Shown piece after piece: positions 44,720-55,461 of a stretch of 64,000 nt of DNA (its first letter is position 1; each line of letters starts with the position of its first letter). The DNA lies in assembly GCA_026713545.1 (NCBI GenBank), contig JAPOOG010000032.1, positions 8,379 through 72,378 of the forward strand. Direction: 5' to 3'. Origin of the DNA: Bryobacterales bacterium (GTDB lineage Bacteria; Acidobacteriota; Terriglobia; Bryobacterales; UBA6623). The position numbers and the translations under genes were made by a program. Under the pieces are notes generated by a model, which saw only the letters and a list, made by a program, of their open reading frames with translations, did no database searches and was not told the origin of the DNA.

Positions 44720-45271
44720 TCAACTTGCTTCGATGAGTTCGAGTTTGCCGTCCCGTCGTCGCACCAGCACGCGCAACTCTCCACTTTCCATGTCCCGATA
44801 CGTCAGATGATCCTTGCCCAGTTCGTCGATCTGCATCATGGCCTCTTCGATAGTCAGCGGCTTGGGAGCTACGCTGTTCGACCGCACGAGCTGCCCCCGG
44901 AAAGGTGCTTCCGAAGCGGTCACGACGTCCCGAGGCACAGGCGCTTCCGCCTGAGCAGCCCTCTGGCTCTGGTGCCGCCGCACGTCGATCAGCTTGTGCT
45001 TGTTGCGGATCACCTGTCGCGCGAGTTTCTCCACTGCCGACTGCACGGCGAGGAAGGCATCCATGCTCGAGCCGCTCACAACCAGCGTATGACTCAGAGC
45101 CCGCAACGTAATCTCCGCGTCAAAGAGATGTCTTTGCCGAGACATCTTGACGTGAGCCTCAAGATCCCTCTTTCGCCCGAGAATCTTGTGGCACTTTTGG
45201 AATTTCGCATCGAGCTTGCGCTCTTGCGCCGCCGAGAAACGAGCAGGGCGACCTGTGTAGTGAACCCTCAT
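44720..45271 (-). CDS. hpf: Ribosome hibernation promoting factor (long HPF)
   Basis: 'AHVKMSRQRHLFDAEITL' S30AE-type N-domain plus a C-terminal dimerisation domain '...YRDMESGELRVLVRRRDGKLELIE'. Sits downstream of rpoN. Confidence 0.9.
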   Translation of the reverse strand: MRVHYTGRPARFSAAQERKLDAKFQKCHKILGRKRDLEAHVKMSRQRHLFDAEITLRALSHTLVVSGSSMDAFLAVQSAVEKLARQVIRNKHKLIDVRRHQSQRAAQAEAPVPRDVVTASEAPFRGQLVRSNSVAPKPLTIEEAMMQIDELGKDHLTYRDMESGELRVLVRRRDGKLELIEAS

Positions 45272-45289
45272 GCAAAAATCTGACCTCCG

Positions 45290-46735
45290 TCAAGAAACAA
45301 CTCTCTTCTTCCTCCTGTGGTGAGTAGAAGGAATGTTCATATCCCCTCGGTACTTCGCTACCGTCCTGCGCGTCACCGAGATACCATTCTGGCTGAGAAC
45401 CTTGCTGATGCAATCGTCAGTAAGAGGATGAGTCAAGTCTTCCTGCTCGATCATCTTCTTCACCTTGAGCTTCAACAGCATCAGTGGCATCGAGGCGCCC
45501 GCGGGACCTTGCACCGCCTCGGAGAAAAAGAAACGAAGTTCGTAAATGCCATGTTCCGTGTGCCCGTATTTATTGGCGACCGCTCGACTAACTGTCGACG
45601 GGTGAACGCCGATTTCCTCCGCGACATCCTTGATCATCATCGGGCGCAAATACTCCATGCCATTTGAAAGGAAATCTCGCTGGCGTCGAACGATCGATTC
45701 ACACACTGAGCGAATTGTCTGTCGCCTCTGCTCTATGTTTCGGAGCAATTGAAGCGCTGAATGGTAGCGCTCACGCACGTAGTTGCGTACTTCCTTGCTT
45801 GCATTTCTTCGGTCGAGAAGCCTGCGATAGCTGCGGTTGAGCCTCAACTCAGGCAGGTCTTCTTCGTCGAGCACAACGCGAAAACCATTCGCCGACTTGA
45901 CGAAATAGACGTCAGGCTCGACCAGACGACTCTCCGATGCTGCGTATCGCTGTCCGGGGCGTGGATCGAGCGTCCGGATCAACTCCACTCCTCGCTCAAC
46001 CTCGTCCAGGGACCTGCCGGTCTTGTGTGCAATGGCCTCGAATTCCTTGTTCTCGAGTTCGTTTAAGAAATCCTTGACGATCGTGGTCGCCATGCCGTCC
46101 TCGGTCTCACATTCGCGAAGCTGAATCAACAGGCACTCCTGGAGATCACGCGCCGCTACGCCGAGAGGATCGAAGGTCTGTACCAACTCCACAGCCTTCT
46201 GCACGTCTTCGGCAGATACGCCGGCCGTTTCCCGAATCTCTTCCAGACTCGCCGTCAAATAGCCATCTTCGTTGAGGTTGCCCAGCACGGCTTCCGCCGC
46301 CGCCAGCACGGTTTCCGATCCGTGTGACATGCTGAGCTGCCACTCCAGGTGGTTGACCAACGTCAAGGGTTCAGCCAGGAAGGTTTCAAATGAAGGCCGT
46401 TCCACTATTTCGTCCGCCGGGGCCCTTGGTCCAGAGTCGAGATAGTCATCGAAGAACGAGCCCAGATCGATCTCTCTGAAGGGGTCTTCGCTGACCTCCC
46501 CGCTCAACTTGTCATCCGTCTCGTCAGAGCCCGTCTCCGAGGATTCGTCATATTCCTCGGGGTCGTCCCCAGACTCCTCGCTGATTTCGAGAATCGGATT
46601 CTCGGACAACTCCTGGTTGATTTCCGTCTTGAGATCCAGCTTGTTGAGCGCCAGCAGTTTGACCAACTGACGCAGGCTTTGAGTTAGGACCGGCCTTTGG
46701 GAGAGTCTAAGGCCGAGCCTTTGCTGCATCAACAT
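45290..46735 (-). CDS. rpoN: RNA polymerase sigma-54 factor
   Basis: N-terminal 'LRLSQRPVLTQSLRQLVKLLAL', an acidic linker, and the RpoN box 'ARRTVAKYR' ('TRRTVAKYRGDM'). Confidence 0.95.
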   Translation of the reverse strand: MLMQQRLGLRLSQRPVLTQSLRQLVKLLALNKLDLKTEINQELSENPILEISEESGDDPEEYDESSETGSDETDDKLSGEVSEDPFREIDLGSFFDDYLDSGPRAPADEIVERPSFETFLAEPLTLVNHLEWQLSMSHGSETVLAAAEAVLGNLNEDGYLTASLEEIRETAGVSAEDVQKAVELVQTFDPLGVAARDLQECLLIQLRECETEDGMATTIVKDFLNELENKEFEAIAHKTGRSLDEVERGVELIRTLDPRPGQRYAASESRLVEPDVYFVKSANGFRVVLDEEDLPELRLNRSYRRLLDRRNASKEVRNYVRERYHSALQLLRNIEQRRQTIRSVCESIVRRQRDFLSNGMEYLRPMMIKDVAEEIGVHPSTVSRAVANKYGHTEHGIYELRFFFSEAVQGPAGASMPLMLLKLKVKKMIEQEDLTHPLTDDCISKVLSQNGISVTRRTVAKYRGDMNIPSTHHRRKKRVVS

Positions 46736-46996
46736 GAGAGGGCTGGTCGCGCACGGTGAGTGGCAATTAGTATACCAATCACCTCAGAACGAACCGGAGG
46801 GCACAGAGCCGCAGGCAAGAGGCCGCACTACACAAAGAAAATACAGCGGAGCGCCACGGCGTCAAGTCTTACGAAATCGCTTGCTGTGACCGCATGAGAG
46901 GCACAGTGGAAGCAGGAGGCGCCGGCCAGCCTGCCCGAAGACGAAAACCCGCCGCGCGACCTCGAACCTGAGGTCCGCGGCCCTGCCGCTGTCCAT

Positions 46997-47800
46997 TCAT
47001 GGGCCTCTTCGGGCCGGCGTTTCCTGGCTCCAGGACGCCTCGTCTTCGGCCTGATCTTGATCCATCATCGGACGAATGCCGAAACGGAACGATTCCCCCA
47101 GGTAGACGCGGCGCACTTCCGGATCGGACTCCAGGTTCTCGGGAGTGCCCGAGCGGAAGACTTCACCATTGTGGATGATGTATGCCCGATCCGTTACGCT
47201 GAGCGTCTCTCGGACGTTGTGATCGGTGACCAGAATGCCGATCCCGGACGCTCTGAGTCTCGATATGATTTTTTGCAGTTCCAGAACCTGCTTGGGGTCG
47301 ATGCCGGAGAAAGGTTCGTCCAGCAACAGAAAACGGGGAGAGATCACCAGCGAACGCGCAATCTCGACGCGTCGCCGCTCGCCACCGGAGAGTTGATACC
47401 CGCGGTTGCGCCGAACCGTCTCCAAACCGAGTTCGTCAATGAGGCCGTCGAGACGCAGCCGCCGTTCACGACGGCTTATCTTGAGCGTTTGCAGGATAGC
47501 CAGGATGTTTTCTTCGACGGTAAGCTTGCGAAAAATCGACGGCTCCTGCGGCAGGTAGCTGATTCCGAGTCGGGCCCGCTCGTACATCGGCGCATCCGCG
47601 ATGTCATTGCCGTCATAGATGACCCGGCCCGAATCGGGGCTGATGAGCCCCACAATCATGTGGAACGAGGTGGTCTTTCCGGCGCCGTTCGGCCCCAGCA
47701 GGCCGACTACTTCCCCCGGATGGACGCTGAGAGAAACCTCTCGCACCACGCGGCGGCCGCGATAGCTCTTGGATACTCTTTCCGTACCGAGGCGGCTCAT
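46997..47800 (-). CDS. lptB: LPS export ABC transporter ATP-binding protein LptB
   Basis: Walker A 'GPNGAGKTT', signature '[13 protein letters not shown]', Walker B 'LLLDEPF'. Sits next to rpoN. Confidence 0.9.
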   Translation of the reverse strand: MSRLGTERVSKSYRGRRVVREVSLSVHPGEVVGLLGPNGAGKTTSFHMIVGLISPDSGRVIYDGNDIADAPMYERARLGISYLPQEPSIFRKLTVEENILAILQTLKISRRERRLRLDGLIDELGLETVRRNRGYQLSGGERRRVEIARSLVISPRFLLLDEPFSGIDPKQVLELQKIISRLRASGIGILVTDHNVRETLSVTDRAYIIHNGEVFRSGTPENLESDPEVRRVYLGESFRFGIRPMMDQDQAEDEASWSQETPARRGP

Positions 47801-47819
47801 CCGAAGGAGCAGTAGAAAC

Positions 47820-50096
47820 CTAGGGCGCTTTGCGCCTCAAGGTGCGGGCGCGCTCCTGTGAGCTGCCCTGAACGAGCAGCCTATCATCGTCGAGATAGTA
47901 GGTCAATCGCGTACCCTCGGTCCGCCCACGGCGTCCATCCTGAACGGAGGCCGGCTCCCCGATGAGGATCACCTTTGATTCCCTGGGGTAGTATTCCGCA
48001 TTCCGACCGGCGCCTTGACGGGCATCGGAGGCACCGCTCCGGACGATCCGAACGTTTCCCGTCGCGAACGCTTTCTCGAGCCGGTTCCGGGAGCCGGTTT
48101 CTTCGTCGGAGCCCAGATGCCCCTCCAGTCGATCCGAAGAGACGGTCAGGTCGGCGCGCCGCAACTCCGCCGAACCGACGTAGACCATCAGCTTCTCCGA
48201 CTCGTCGTAGTCGAGGGAAGCCGAACGAACACAGACCTGTTCCGCAGCGGGTCTGTCATTCGCAGCCGGCCTGCTGCCGTTCGCCGGTTCGGTCAGATAG
48301 TTGACTACATTCCCTTCCGCCCGCAGAATCTTTGCCGGTCTGTCAATCCGAATCATGTCGGCCTCGAGCCGATTCCGTTCCTGCCAAAGGCGTGCTTGTC
48401 CACTGAGGATGAGAACGCCGGAATCCCGCAGGGAGGTGATCTCTTCGGCGCTCGAGAAAACGGGTTGGCCAGGAGCGAAGAAACCGTTCGCCTCCTCTCG
48501 GGACGCCGTTTCAGTCGAGACTTCGGTGAAGCTCGATGAGGCTCGGCCGCGAGCCGTGTAATCACCCGTATTCTCGTCGAACAGGATGCGGTCGGCCCGA
48601 ATCGCGCCCGAAAGATCCCAAACATGCGCATCAGCGCTCAACGCGATTTCATTGCCGGCCGGATCAAATACCGCCTCGCCCGCACGGCCCTGGCGGTGAC
48701 CCCGCTGGAAGCCGAATCCGTTCCACTGCTTCAGGAGCCGCGCCTCACCGGTTCCAGGATCGAAACTGCTCTCGAACGCCTCACTCCAGGTCTTTAACGG
48801 CGGACGTTCGGCGTTCAGCTCATCAGCACCGGGGATGCTCTCTACCATGACCTTGCCGTTTGCCTTCAGATACTCGAGGCGGTTGCCTTCACCGTAGATG
48901 CCCTGAATGCGGTCCGCTTCCAGTTGCCGCCGAACGCCTGTCTCATCGGCCGGCTCCAAATCGAGACGGCCGCGAGTGAGGGCAGAGAGCGTTTGCAGGT
49001 CTTCACCGTTGTCTGCCATGCGCAACTCGATCGAATCGGCCTGCAAGCTGCGAAGACCGATTCCCGTGGAAGCCGCAGGGTGTTCCTCCACCCGCGCTTG
49101 ATTGCGCAAATTAACCCTTCGCAGCAGGCTTTCCATCGATCCAGGACGGGTTTCGTAGTAAAGGTCAATGCGATCTCCCCAAGCCCGCATCCGCGAAGAC
49201 CCGCTCCGGGACTCCAACGTGGCCGCTCCCGTGGCACTGACCTTATCAAGCATCTGGTCTTCCGTCAGAGCCACGTAGAGCCGCCGCGAGGAGTACTGCA
49301 CCGTCCGGTTCCCTTGACGGTCCGAGCCCTTCACCTGCCAGGCCTCCACCCATCGTGTCCGGCCCTGGTCAAGGTGCACGAAGGCTCGTTCGGCGTTGAG
49401 CCGCTCAGAGCCTCGCTCAACGGAGACGACACCATTCAGCTCAACGATCTGAGCATCCTCACGGAAGATCATCGTCCCGGCTCGCACTCGGGCCGGCGGA
49501 CGCCCGTCCTCGCTGAAGCGCTCGAGAAACACGTCCGATTCCATACGAAAGAAGCGCTGCGCCGGATCATAGAACGCTCCCGTCGAATGTCCCCGTCCTC
49601 CGCCGAACTCATACTCGGCGTACCTCTCCGTAACGCAGATGCCCGTCTTGCTCTCGAATGTCACTCCGGACGTGTGGATGCGCGTCGGTACGTTGCCGGC
49701 CTGCCGGGATTGAGAAGGGATCGCCAGCGTGATCGACACCTCGCCTTCGCTATAGAGCTGCTCCTTACGGGTATCGAACAGGGCCGCGGGAGTCTCCACA
49801 AGATCGTATGTGCCGCGGTCGCCGTGCAGAATCCTGAGCTCTACGTCCTCCAGGTCCAACACAAGGCTGTCGTTCGATTGACGCAGCCCCCCCGCAGTGA
49901 TCTCGATCGCCCGTTCGCTGCCCGACGACTGTGACCAACTCCATCGGCCCGACTGCGTGTTGAGGTCCGACGGAATCGTATCCGGTTCTGCGACACGGAT
50001 CCTGAGGTTCGTTTCTCGAGTATCGATGTAATCAGAGATGACCGCGGCGACCATCACCCCGACACCGAGCAGCAGAAGGAATCGGAGGGTCTTCAT
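47820..50096 (-). CDS. Large LptC/LptA (OstA)-like periplasmic protein with N-terminal membrane anchor
   Basis: Immediately upstream of lptB. N-terminal TM '[15 protein letters not shown]'. Repeated beta-rich segments of the OstA type. Assignment is mainly by position. Confidence 0.6.
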   Translation of the reverse strand: MKTLRFLLLLGVGVMVAAVISDYIDTRETNLRIRVAEPDTIPSDLNTQSGRWSWSQSSGSERAIEITAGGLRQSNDSLVLDLEDVELRILHGDRGTYDLVETPAALFDTRKEQLYSEGEVSITLAIPSQSRQAGNVPTRIHTSGVTFESKTGICVTERYAEYEFGGGRGHSTGAFYDPAQRFFRMESDVFLERFSEDGRPPARVRAGTMIFREDAQIVELNGVVSVERGSERLNAERAFVHLDQGRTRWVEAWQVKGSDRQGNRTVQYSSRRLYVALTEDQMLDKVSATGAATLESRSGSSRMRAWGDRIDLYYETRPGSMESLLRRVNLRNQARVEEHPAASTGIGLRSLQADSIELRMADNGEDLQTLSALTRGRLDLEPADETGVRRQLEADRIQGIYGEGNRLEYLKANGKVMVESIPGADELNAERPPLKTWSEAFESSFDPGTGEARLLKQWNGFGFQRGHRQGRAGEAVFDPAGNEIALSADAHVWDLSGAIRADRILFDENTGDYTARGRASSSFTEVSTETASREEANGFFAPGQPVFSSAEEITSLRDSGVLILSGQARLWQERNRLEADMIRIDRPAKILRAEGNVVNYLTEPANGSRPAANDRPAAEQVCVRSASLDYDESEKLMVYVGSAELRRADLTVSSDRLEGHLGSDEETGSRNRLEKAFATGNVRIVRSGASDARQGAGRNAEYYPRESKVILIGEPASVQDGRRGRTEGTRLTYYLDDDRLLVQGSSQERARTLRRKAP

Positions 50097-50341
50097 GGCC
50101 GGCCGAAGAGCCGGGGAGACAGCTCAGACTGAAGTGTCTTCGGGGTTGGGATGCTTCCCTGTTGCCGCAGGCTCGTTCGCTGGTCTAAGAATAACAGAGC
50201 GGCGGTCTCCAACCGCGACAGTCGATCTGGGGGAACCACAGGCATGGCCCCCGCCTGCGGGGTCCACGGGTTTCCCTGGGGCTTGCTCCATCGGCTGAGC
50301 CTCGGCTCGGCTCGAAACCGGCAGGTAAGCTGCGGCTGCGT

Positions 50342-51568
50342 TTACCAGTTCGTCACCGACCCATCCGGCCGAAAGTACATCGGAATCGGCCGCGCGTACT
50401 CGGTTATCTCAGACACCAGGTCCAGCCGCTCCGCATCGAACTCCACCCCAAGCCCCGGCCGGTCGTTCGGCCACATCTTGCCGTCACGGAAGTCGTAGCA
50501 CCGCGGCAAGTGAGGCAGTTCGGACTTGCCGTCGCCGGTCATCTCCATCATCGCCGGCCCCGAGAAGGCCCCGCAACAATGCACAAGCGCCGCCTCGCCA
50601 ATCGGTCCGGTGAAGTGGGGGATCAGCCCCACATAGTGTGTCTCGCACAATGCCGCGATCTTCATGAACTCCGTGATGCCTCCCGAGTTCGGGATGCTCA
50701 CGCGCGAGTAGTCCATCCAGTTGTTTTCGATCAGCTCGTTCACGTCCCAGCGGTCACCAAAATGCTCGCCCACGGCGATCGGCACGTTGACCTTCTCGCG
50801 GATCGTCTCATACACGGCGACGTTTTCCGAGCGAATCAGGTCCTCCACGAAGTAGGGCGCCAGATCCTCGATCAGCGAGCTCAACCGTACCGCGTCCGCC
50901 ACGTCCAAGCGCGTGTGATAGTCAATCGCCCAGTCGCCGTCGGCCCCAACACCTTCGCGAATCTCCTGGCAGCGCCGGTACGTCTCGTCCACCATGCGTT
51001 GGGAAATGAACCCCTCGTTGGAATCGACAGCGGGCCCGGCCACGCTGGTACGGAAGGCTCGGAAGCCTACTTCCATGCAGGCGCGAGCCGTTTCCCCGAG
51101 GCTCCCCTGGCTCGGGTATCCGGTCGAGTAGCACTCGATATGGTCGCGCGTCAAACCGCCCAATAGTTCGTAGACCGGGACGCCGAGCGCCTTGCCCTTG
51201 ATGTCCCACAGGGCCATGTCGAGACCGCCCAGCGCATGAACCTTCTCGCGGCCGGGCGGATAGAAGTAGCCGCGATACATGACTTGCCAGAGGTGCTCGA
51301 TGCGCGTCGCATCCTCACCGATGATCATGGCCCCGAGCTGCTCGACCGTATCCTTCGAGCCGCCCTCACCGATCCCGATGATACCCTGATCGGTCTCCAC
51401 CGTGATCACGTTGCTGCTCTGATTGAAGATCGGCCGGCCCCGAGGGTCGTAGTAATAGCGGATGCGCGTGATCTTCATCTTCGGCGGCGCGCCCCGCGCC
51501 GGCTCCTCCCCGCCCAGAAGCGCTCCTGCCGCCAAGGCAGATGATTTCAACAGCGACCGACGTTGCAT
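50342..51568 (-). CDS. Enolase-superfamily (D-galactonate/mannonate dehydratase-like) enzyme with Tat signal
   Basis: 'MQRRSLLKSSALAAGALLG', 'GIGEGGSKD', 'LGGLDMALWDIKGKALGVPVYELLGG', 'YFVEDL'. Confidence 0.85.
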   Translation of the reverse strand: MQRRSLLKSSALAAGALLGGEEPARGAPPKMKITRIRYYYDPRGRPIFNQSSNVITVETDQGIIGIGEGGSKDTVEQLGAMIIGEDATRIEHLWQVMYRGYFYPPGREKVHALGGLDMALWDIKGKALGVPVYELLGGLTRDHIECYSTGYPSQGSLGETARACMEVGFRAFRTSVAGPAVDSNEGFISQRMVDETYRRCQEIREGVGADGDWAIDYHTRLDVADAVRLSSLIEDLAPYFVEDLIRSENVAVYETIREKVNVPIAVGEHFGDRWDVNELIENNWMDYSRVSIPNSGGITEFMKIAALCETHYVGLIPHFTGPIGEAALVHCCGAFSGPAMMEMTGDGKSELPHLPRCYDFRDGKMWPNDRPGLGVEFDAERLDLVSEITEYARPIPMYFRPDGSVTNW

Positions 51569-52032
51569 GTGAGGAATTGTATCGCTGCAAACGCCGGTCT
51601 GGCCAACCGGTTGATTCTTTGTCTTCAGGGCCGGAATCGCCTCACTTCATCGATGTCCGAGGAACTTCCTGCCGACTCCATAGAGAGACTCAGGGCCAGG
51701 AATCAATCTCTCCCGGACCCTCACAACAAGCTGCCGCTAGAGACCAACCCGCGCCTTCAAGCCGCCGAGATCGGCGACGATGGCGCTCTAACCACCGACC
51801 TCGACGCGGGTCTTGCGAATTTCCGTGGAACGGCCCTCGGAAAAAGTCACGGCAGAATCGTATCTCCGGTTTCTGCAGGGCGGCGCACGAAAGTTTTCTC
51901 TCCGCCTGCGAACCAAGGCTACGTTACCAAGACGAGCCAGGCATCCCGTTCATGCACATGACGAACTGCACGGCCTTTCGCGAGCTGGCGATTCAATAGG
52001 CAGCACACCTCCGCCCGAGCCACAGGGGCTTG

Positions 52033-53985
52033 TCACGCTTCCGATTCCAACTTTTCGGTGAGTTGCGTCCACTCCTGCTCATGGTCCTCCGCCTCCGCGC
52101 GCAGATTTTCCATCCGCGTCACGATTCCTGCCGATCGCTGGTGGTTCTTCGAGTTCGCCACGAGGCTTTCCTGCAGCTCGCCGACCTCGCTCTCGATACG
52201 GCTGATCTCGGTTTCCAGGTCGGCCACGCGCGCCCGAAGCTTCTCCGCCTGAATCGGGTTCATCCGCCGCTTTTTCTGTGCGGCGCCGTTCCGGCGGGCC
52301 TGCTCATCCTCGGTGAACCGCAGCGCGGCCTTGAGCGACTCACTGACGTCTTCGCCGGGGGTCCGTTCGCCTGGACCCGCCGCGCGCCCGGCCTGCCACA
52401 GGTAGTCCTCGTAGTTGCCCAGATAGGCGACCACCTCGCCGCTACCGATCGCGAACACTTTTGTCGCCAGCTTATCGATGAAGTAGCGGTCGTGGGAAAC
52501 AAACGCCACTGTTCCGGTAAAGTCAAGCAGTGCCTTGAGCAGAACGTCCTTGGCGCGCATGTCGAGATGGTTCGTCGGCTCGTCAAGAAGCAGGAAGTTG
52601 CTCGGCTTGACCAGCACCCGCGCCAGGGCATAGCGATTCCGTTCGCCGCCCGACAACACTCCGATCGGCTTGTAGACGTCATCTCCCGAAAACAGAAAGC
52701 ATCCCAGCAGCCCCCGCAACTCGCTGTCACTCGAGCGCGGAACGAGGCGCGTCAGATCGTCGAGAATACTCGCCTCCGGGTCGAGCACCTTGTACTGGTC
52801 CTGCGCGAAGTAATCGATCCCGACCTTGTGACCGATCGTTGGTACTCCCGCCGTCAAGGGCTCCTCGCCAGCAAGCATCCGTATCAAGGTGGATTTCCCC
52901 GCACCGTTTTCTCCCACCAAGGCGATCCGGTCGCCTCGTTCGATCGTGAAGTTCACGTCCTTCAGCACTTCCAGCGAACCGTAGCTTTTCGCCACGCCGC
53001 GAAACTGCGCCACGACCCGGCCGCTGCCCGCCGGCTGCGGAAACTTGAAGTGAATCGTCTGCGTTTCCCGCGGGACCTCGATGCGCTCGATCTTCTCCAG
53101 TTCCTTGACCCGGCTCTGCACCTGCGCCGCCTTCGTCGCCTGGTACCGGAAGCGGTTGATAAACGTTTCGAGGTGGTGAATCCGGTCCTGCTGATTCCTG
53201 TACGCAGCCTTGATCTGCTCGAGCCGCTCGCGCTTCTGGGTCTGATACTTCGAGTAGTTGCCCGTATAGAAGTTGACCTTCCTGTTCCACACCTCGATGA
53301 TCTTCCTGACCGTGACATCGAGAAAGTAACGGTCGTGCGAGACCACCAGAAACGCGTAAGGGTAACTCCCCAGGTACTCTTCCAGCCAGTTCCGCGCTTC
53401 GAGATCAAGGTGGTTCGTCGGCTCGTCGAGCAGCAGCAGGTTGGGCTTCTCGAGCAGCAGCTTGGCCAGAGCGATGCGCATCTGCCAACCGCCGGAAAAC
53501 TCCTCGATCGGCCGCTCCCAGTCATGCTTGGGAAACGTCAACCCGTCGAGGACAGTCCCCACCTGCGCTTCCTTCGTGTAGCCGTCGAGCGCCTGATAGC
53601 GGTCGATCACCCACTGGAACCGATCCGTCACGGCGCCGTATTCGGCGCCGTCCGGGTCCAGTTCACTCATCTTGCGGGCCAGGTCTTCCTGCTCTTTCTC
53701 AAGCGCAATGGCCTCGTCAAACACGCTCAGGCACTCGTCGAACAGCTTTCGCCCGGCCAGGCTCAGCCCGTCTTGCGGCAGATAGCCGATCTGCAAGCCC
53801 CTCTGCCGCGTCATCCCGCCTGCATCGAGGTGCTCGATCCCGGCCAGGATTTTCAGCAGCGTCGTCTTGCCGCTGCCGTTCTCCCCGACGATGCCAATGC
53901 GGTCTTGCGGTCCGACGAGCCAATCCAGCCCCTCGAACAAAGCCTGCCCGCCGTAGCGCATCGCCCCGCCGGAAATCTGAATCAT
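52033..53985 (-). CDS. ABC-F family ATPase (two ABC domains, C-terminal coiled coil)
   Basis: Two Walker A motifs ('GENGSGKTT', 'GENGAGKST'), two signature motifs ('FSGGWQMR', 'LSGGERNR'), no TM segments, and a helical Arg/Glu-rich tail. Confidence 0.9.
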   Translation of the reverse strand: MIQISGGAMRYGGQALFEGLDWLVGPQDRIGIVGENGSGKTTLLKILAGIEHLDAGGMTRQRGLQIGYLPQDGLSLAGRKLFDECLSVFDEAIALEKEQEDLARKMSELDPDGAEYGAVTDRFQWVIDRYQALDGYTKEAQVGTVLDGLTFPKHDWERPIEEFSGGWQMRIALAKLLLEKPNLLLLDEPTNHLDLEARNWLEEYLGSYPYAFLVVSHDRYFLDVTVRKIIEVWNRKVNFYTGNYSKYQTQKRERLEQIKAAYRNQQDRIHHLETFINRFRYQATKAAQVQSRVKELEKIERIEVPRETQTIHFKFPQPAGSGRVVAQFRGVAKSYGSLEVLKDVNFTIERGDRIALVGENGAGKSTLIRMLAGEEPLTAGVPTIGHKVGIDYFAQDQYKVLDPEASILDDLTRLVPRSSDSELRGLLGCFLFSGDDVYKPIGVLSGGERNRYALARVLVKPSNFLLLDEPTNHLDMRAKDVLLKALLDFTGTVAFVSHDRYFIDKLATKVFAIGSGEVVAYLGNYEDYLWQAGRAAGPGERTPGEDVSESLKAALRFTEDEQARRNGAAQKKRRMNPIQAEKLRARVADLETEISRIESEVGELQESLVANSKNHQRSAGIVTRMENLRAEAEDHEQEWTQLTEKLESEA

Positions 53986-54924
53986 GCCTCCAGTTTATCG
54001 TCGAAGCTGCTGAATTCCGTCTCCTCAGACATGGATGTCAACTCCCAGCATGGTTCATTCACCGCGAATGGACACGAACCAACACGAATGAGGGGCGTTT
54101 TCGCCGCGGAGGCGGGAGCTGTGCGCCAATTCGCGTCCACAGTAGCGGGTCCAGCCCGGAGGTCGACGGGAGCGGCGGTGAACGGCGCTCGTCGTGAGGC
54201 CGACCGCGAGCGGCGGACGGCGCGCCGGCACTGGCACAGATGCAATATTTTTTGCCGGGAAATAGTGGGCAATACCGGGAAATAGTGGGCAGGCAAGCAG
54301 TGGCTGGGCTGCGGGCGTGGCAGCCTGACCTGCATCTCTACCCGCCCGGCGTCCGAAGCACGCGAGGTAAAGGCCGTGATTCGTGTTTCGTGATTCGTGA
54401 AAAGCATAAAAGCCGTGATTCGTGTCTCGTGAAAAACCTTAAAAGCAGTGGCTAGTGAAAGCCTTGAAAGCTCTGATTCGTGACCCGCACCGACTGTGCC
54501 TCGTTGCCTCCCTGTCCTCATGCTATGCAGGCCGGGGAAGAAAAAAAAGACTGAAGGGCTTCAGTACCTAGAGGTATTAAAAAAACCGTGATTCGTGTTT
54601 CGTGATTCGTGAAAAACACTGGTGAGGCCTCGTTCGCTCCAGAAGAAATGTCTGACGGCCGTTGAACCGTAAAGGCCGTGTTGCCGTCGTGGGGGGCAGC
54701 CTCTACAGCGAGCGCCTCGCCGTTCACGGTGCTACGCGGGCCGTTCTCGGCGCCAAGCAGGATTTCACCACGGACTGCCAGCTCACCGGGGAACTTCCTA
54801 CATTGCGCCGACACTCCGCAGACATGAAGCTCGTTACCTCACCGCAGACTTCCAGCCGCGCCTGACGAAAATACCAAGCAGCTTTCACCTCGCCTGCCCT
54901 CTCGCAGCACCTATCTGCTAACTT
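53986..54924. repeat. Mosaic intergenic repeat zone 4 (inverted relative to zone 1; includes a 20-bp x2 repeat, heptamer words, the hairpin module and an S-core)
   Basis: Components are 54170-54250 (reverse complement of roughly 26200-26290), 54255-54294 (CCGGGAAATAGTGGGCA x2), 54371-54480 (GTGATTC/GTGTTTC words), 54518-54625 (reverse complement of roughly 25891-25985), the S-core at 54611-54680, and 54700-54790 (reverse complement of roughly 25585-25640). Confidence 0.8.
54541..54566 (-). terminator. Terminator-like hairpin + T-run (minus strand) on a repeat module
   Basis: The plus strand reads AAAAAAAAGACTGAAGGGCTTCAGTAC, which on the minus strand is a hairpin followed by T8. Confidence 0.4.
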
Positions 54925-55368
54925 GTGCATAAGGACATGGGCTCCGGACTCGAAAGCAGGCTCACGCGTGTGATCGCCCTCATCGTGATCGGGGCGCTTC
55001 TTCCGTGGCCGGGAGTCCTCAGCGCCACCGCTTCCGACGACGACCGCTGCGCCCGCCACGGCCGCAGTTGCGAATGCGTCGAGATGTGCCGGCGCGAAGA
55101 GAAAGAGCACCACACGAAAGCCGAGGCGCCTAGCTGTCATCGCGAATCCAAACAGCGCGCAGCACCACCCAAGCCGGAAACGGGTTGCCGCATGACAAGT
55201 TGCGGCTCTGACGACCCGGCCCGGGCTCAAAGCTCCGACCCCTCGACACCACCGCTTCCGCAGCACGAGCTCGCCGCCCCCAGGGCTTCCGAACGAGCCC
55301 GGCCCGCCGACGCCGAAACAGAGGCTCCGGCGTTTGCGGCTCCGCCTCACCCTCCCCCCAGAGCCTGA
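54925..55368 (+). CDS. Small exported Cys/His-rich hypothetical protein upstream of a TonB-dependent receptor
   Basis: GTG at 54925 or ATG at 54937. TM/signal 'VIALIVIGALLPWPGVLSA', then 'CARHGRSCECVEMCRREEKEHH...SCH...GCRMTSCG', then a Pro/Ala-rich tail. GC3-rich in the first half. Coding status is moderate. Confidence 0.5.
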   Translation: MHKDMGSGLESRLTRVIALIVIGALLPWPGVLSATASDDDRCARHGRSCECVEMCRREEKEHHTKAEAPSCHRESKQRAAPPKPETGCRMTSCGSDDPARAQSSDPSTPPLPQHELAAPRASERARPADAETEAPAFAAPPHPPPRA

Positions 55369-55461
55369 CCTGATTCCGCCGCATCGTCAACGGACGGCCC
55401 GCTAACGGCGGGCCCGGTTTCGGCTATTCGCAAGCCGTTCAGTTTGGGGAGGTTTCCATTC

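Noticed and set aside
51569-52032. 465-bp gap with 132-152 aa ORFs, checked for a small gene, tRNA or ncRNA
   Set aside because: No cloverleaf-like structure, no RBS or start context, and the ORF composition is shadow-like. Nothing I can support.
54232-54250. TGGCAC...GCAAT as a sigma-54 -24/-12 promoter (rpoN is in the window)
   Set aside because: The GG-to-GC spacing does not fit GG-N10-GC. The sister copy at about 26215-26235 has TGGCGC and the same spacing problem.
52030-54285. 751-aa plus-strand ORF opposite the ABC-F gene and running into repeat zone 4
   Set aside because: It is antisense to a gene with two complete ABC cassettes. Its 3' part simply reads through repeat DNA.
54361-54480. 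Possible CRISPR array (regularly spaced 'GTGATTCGTG' words, also at 60460-60660)
   Set aside because: The units are 7-bp words with irregular short linkers. There are no 25-40 bp repeats separated by unique spacers and no cas genes.
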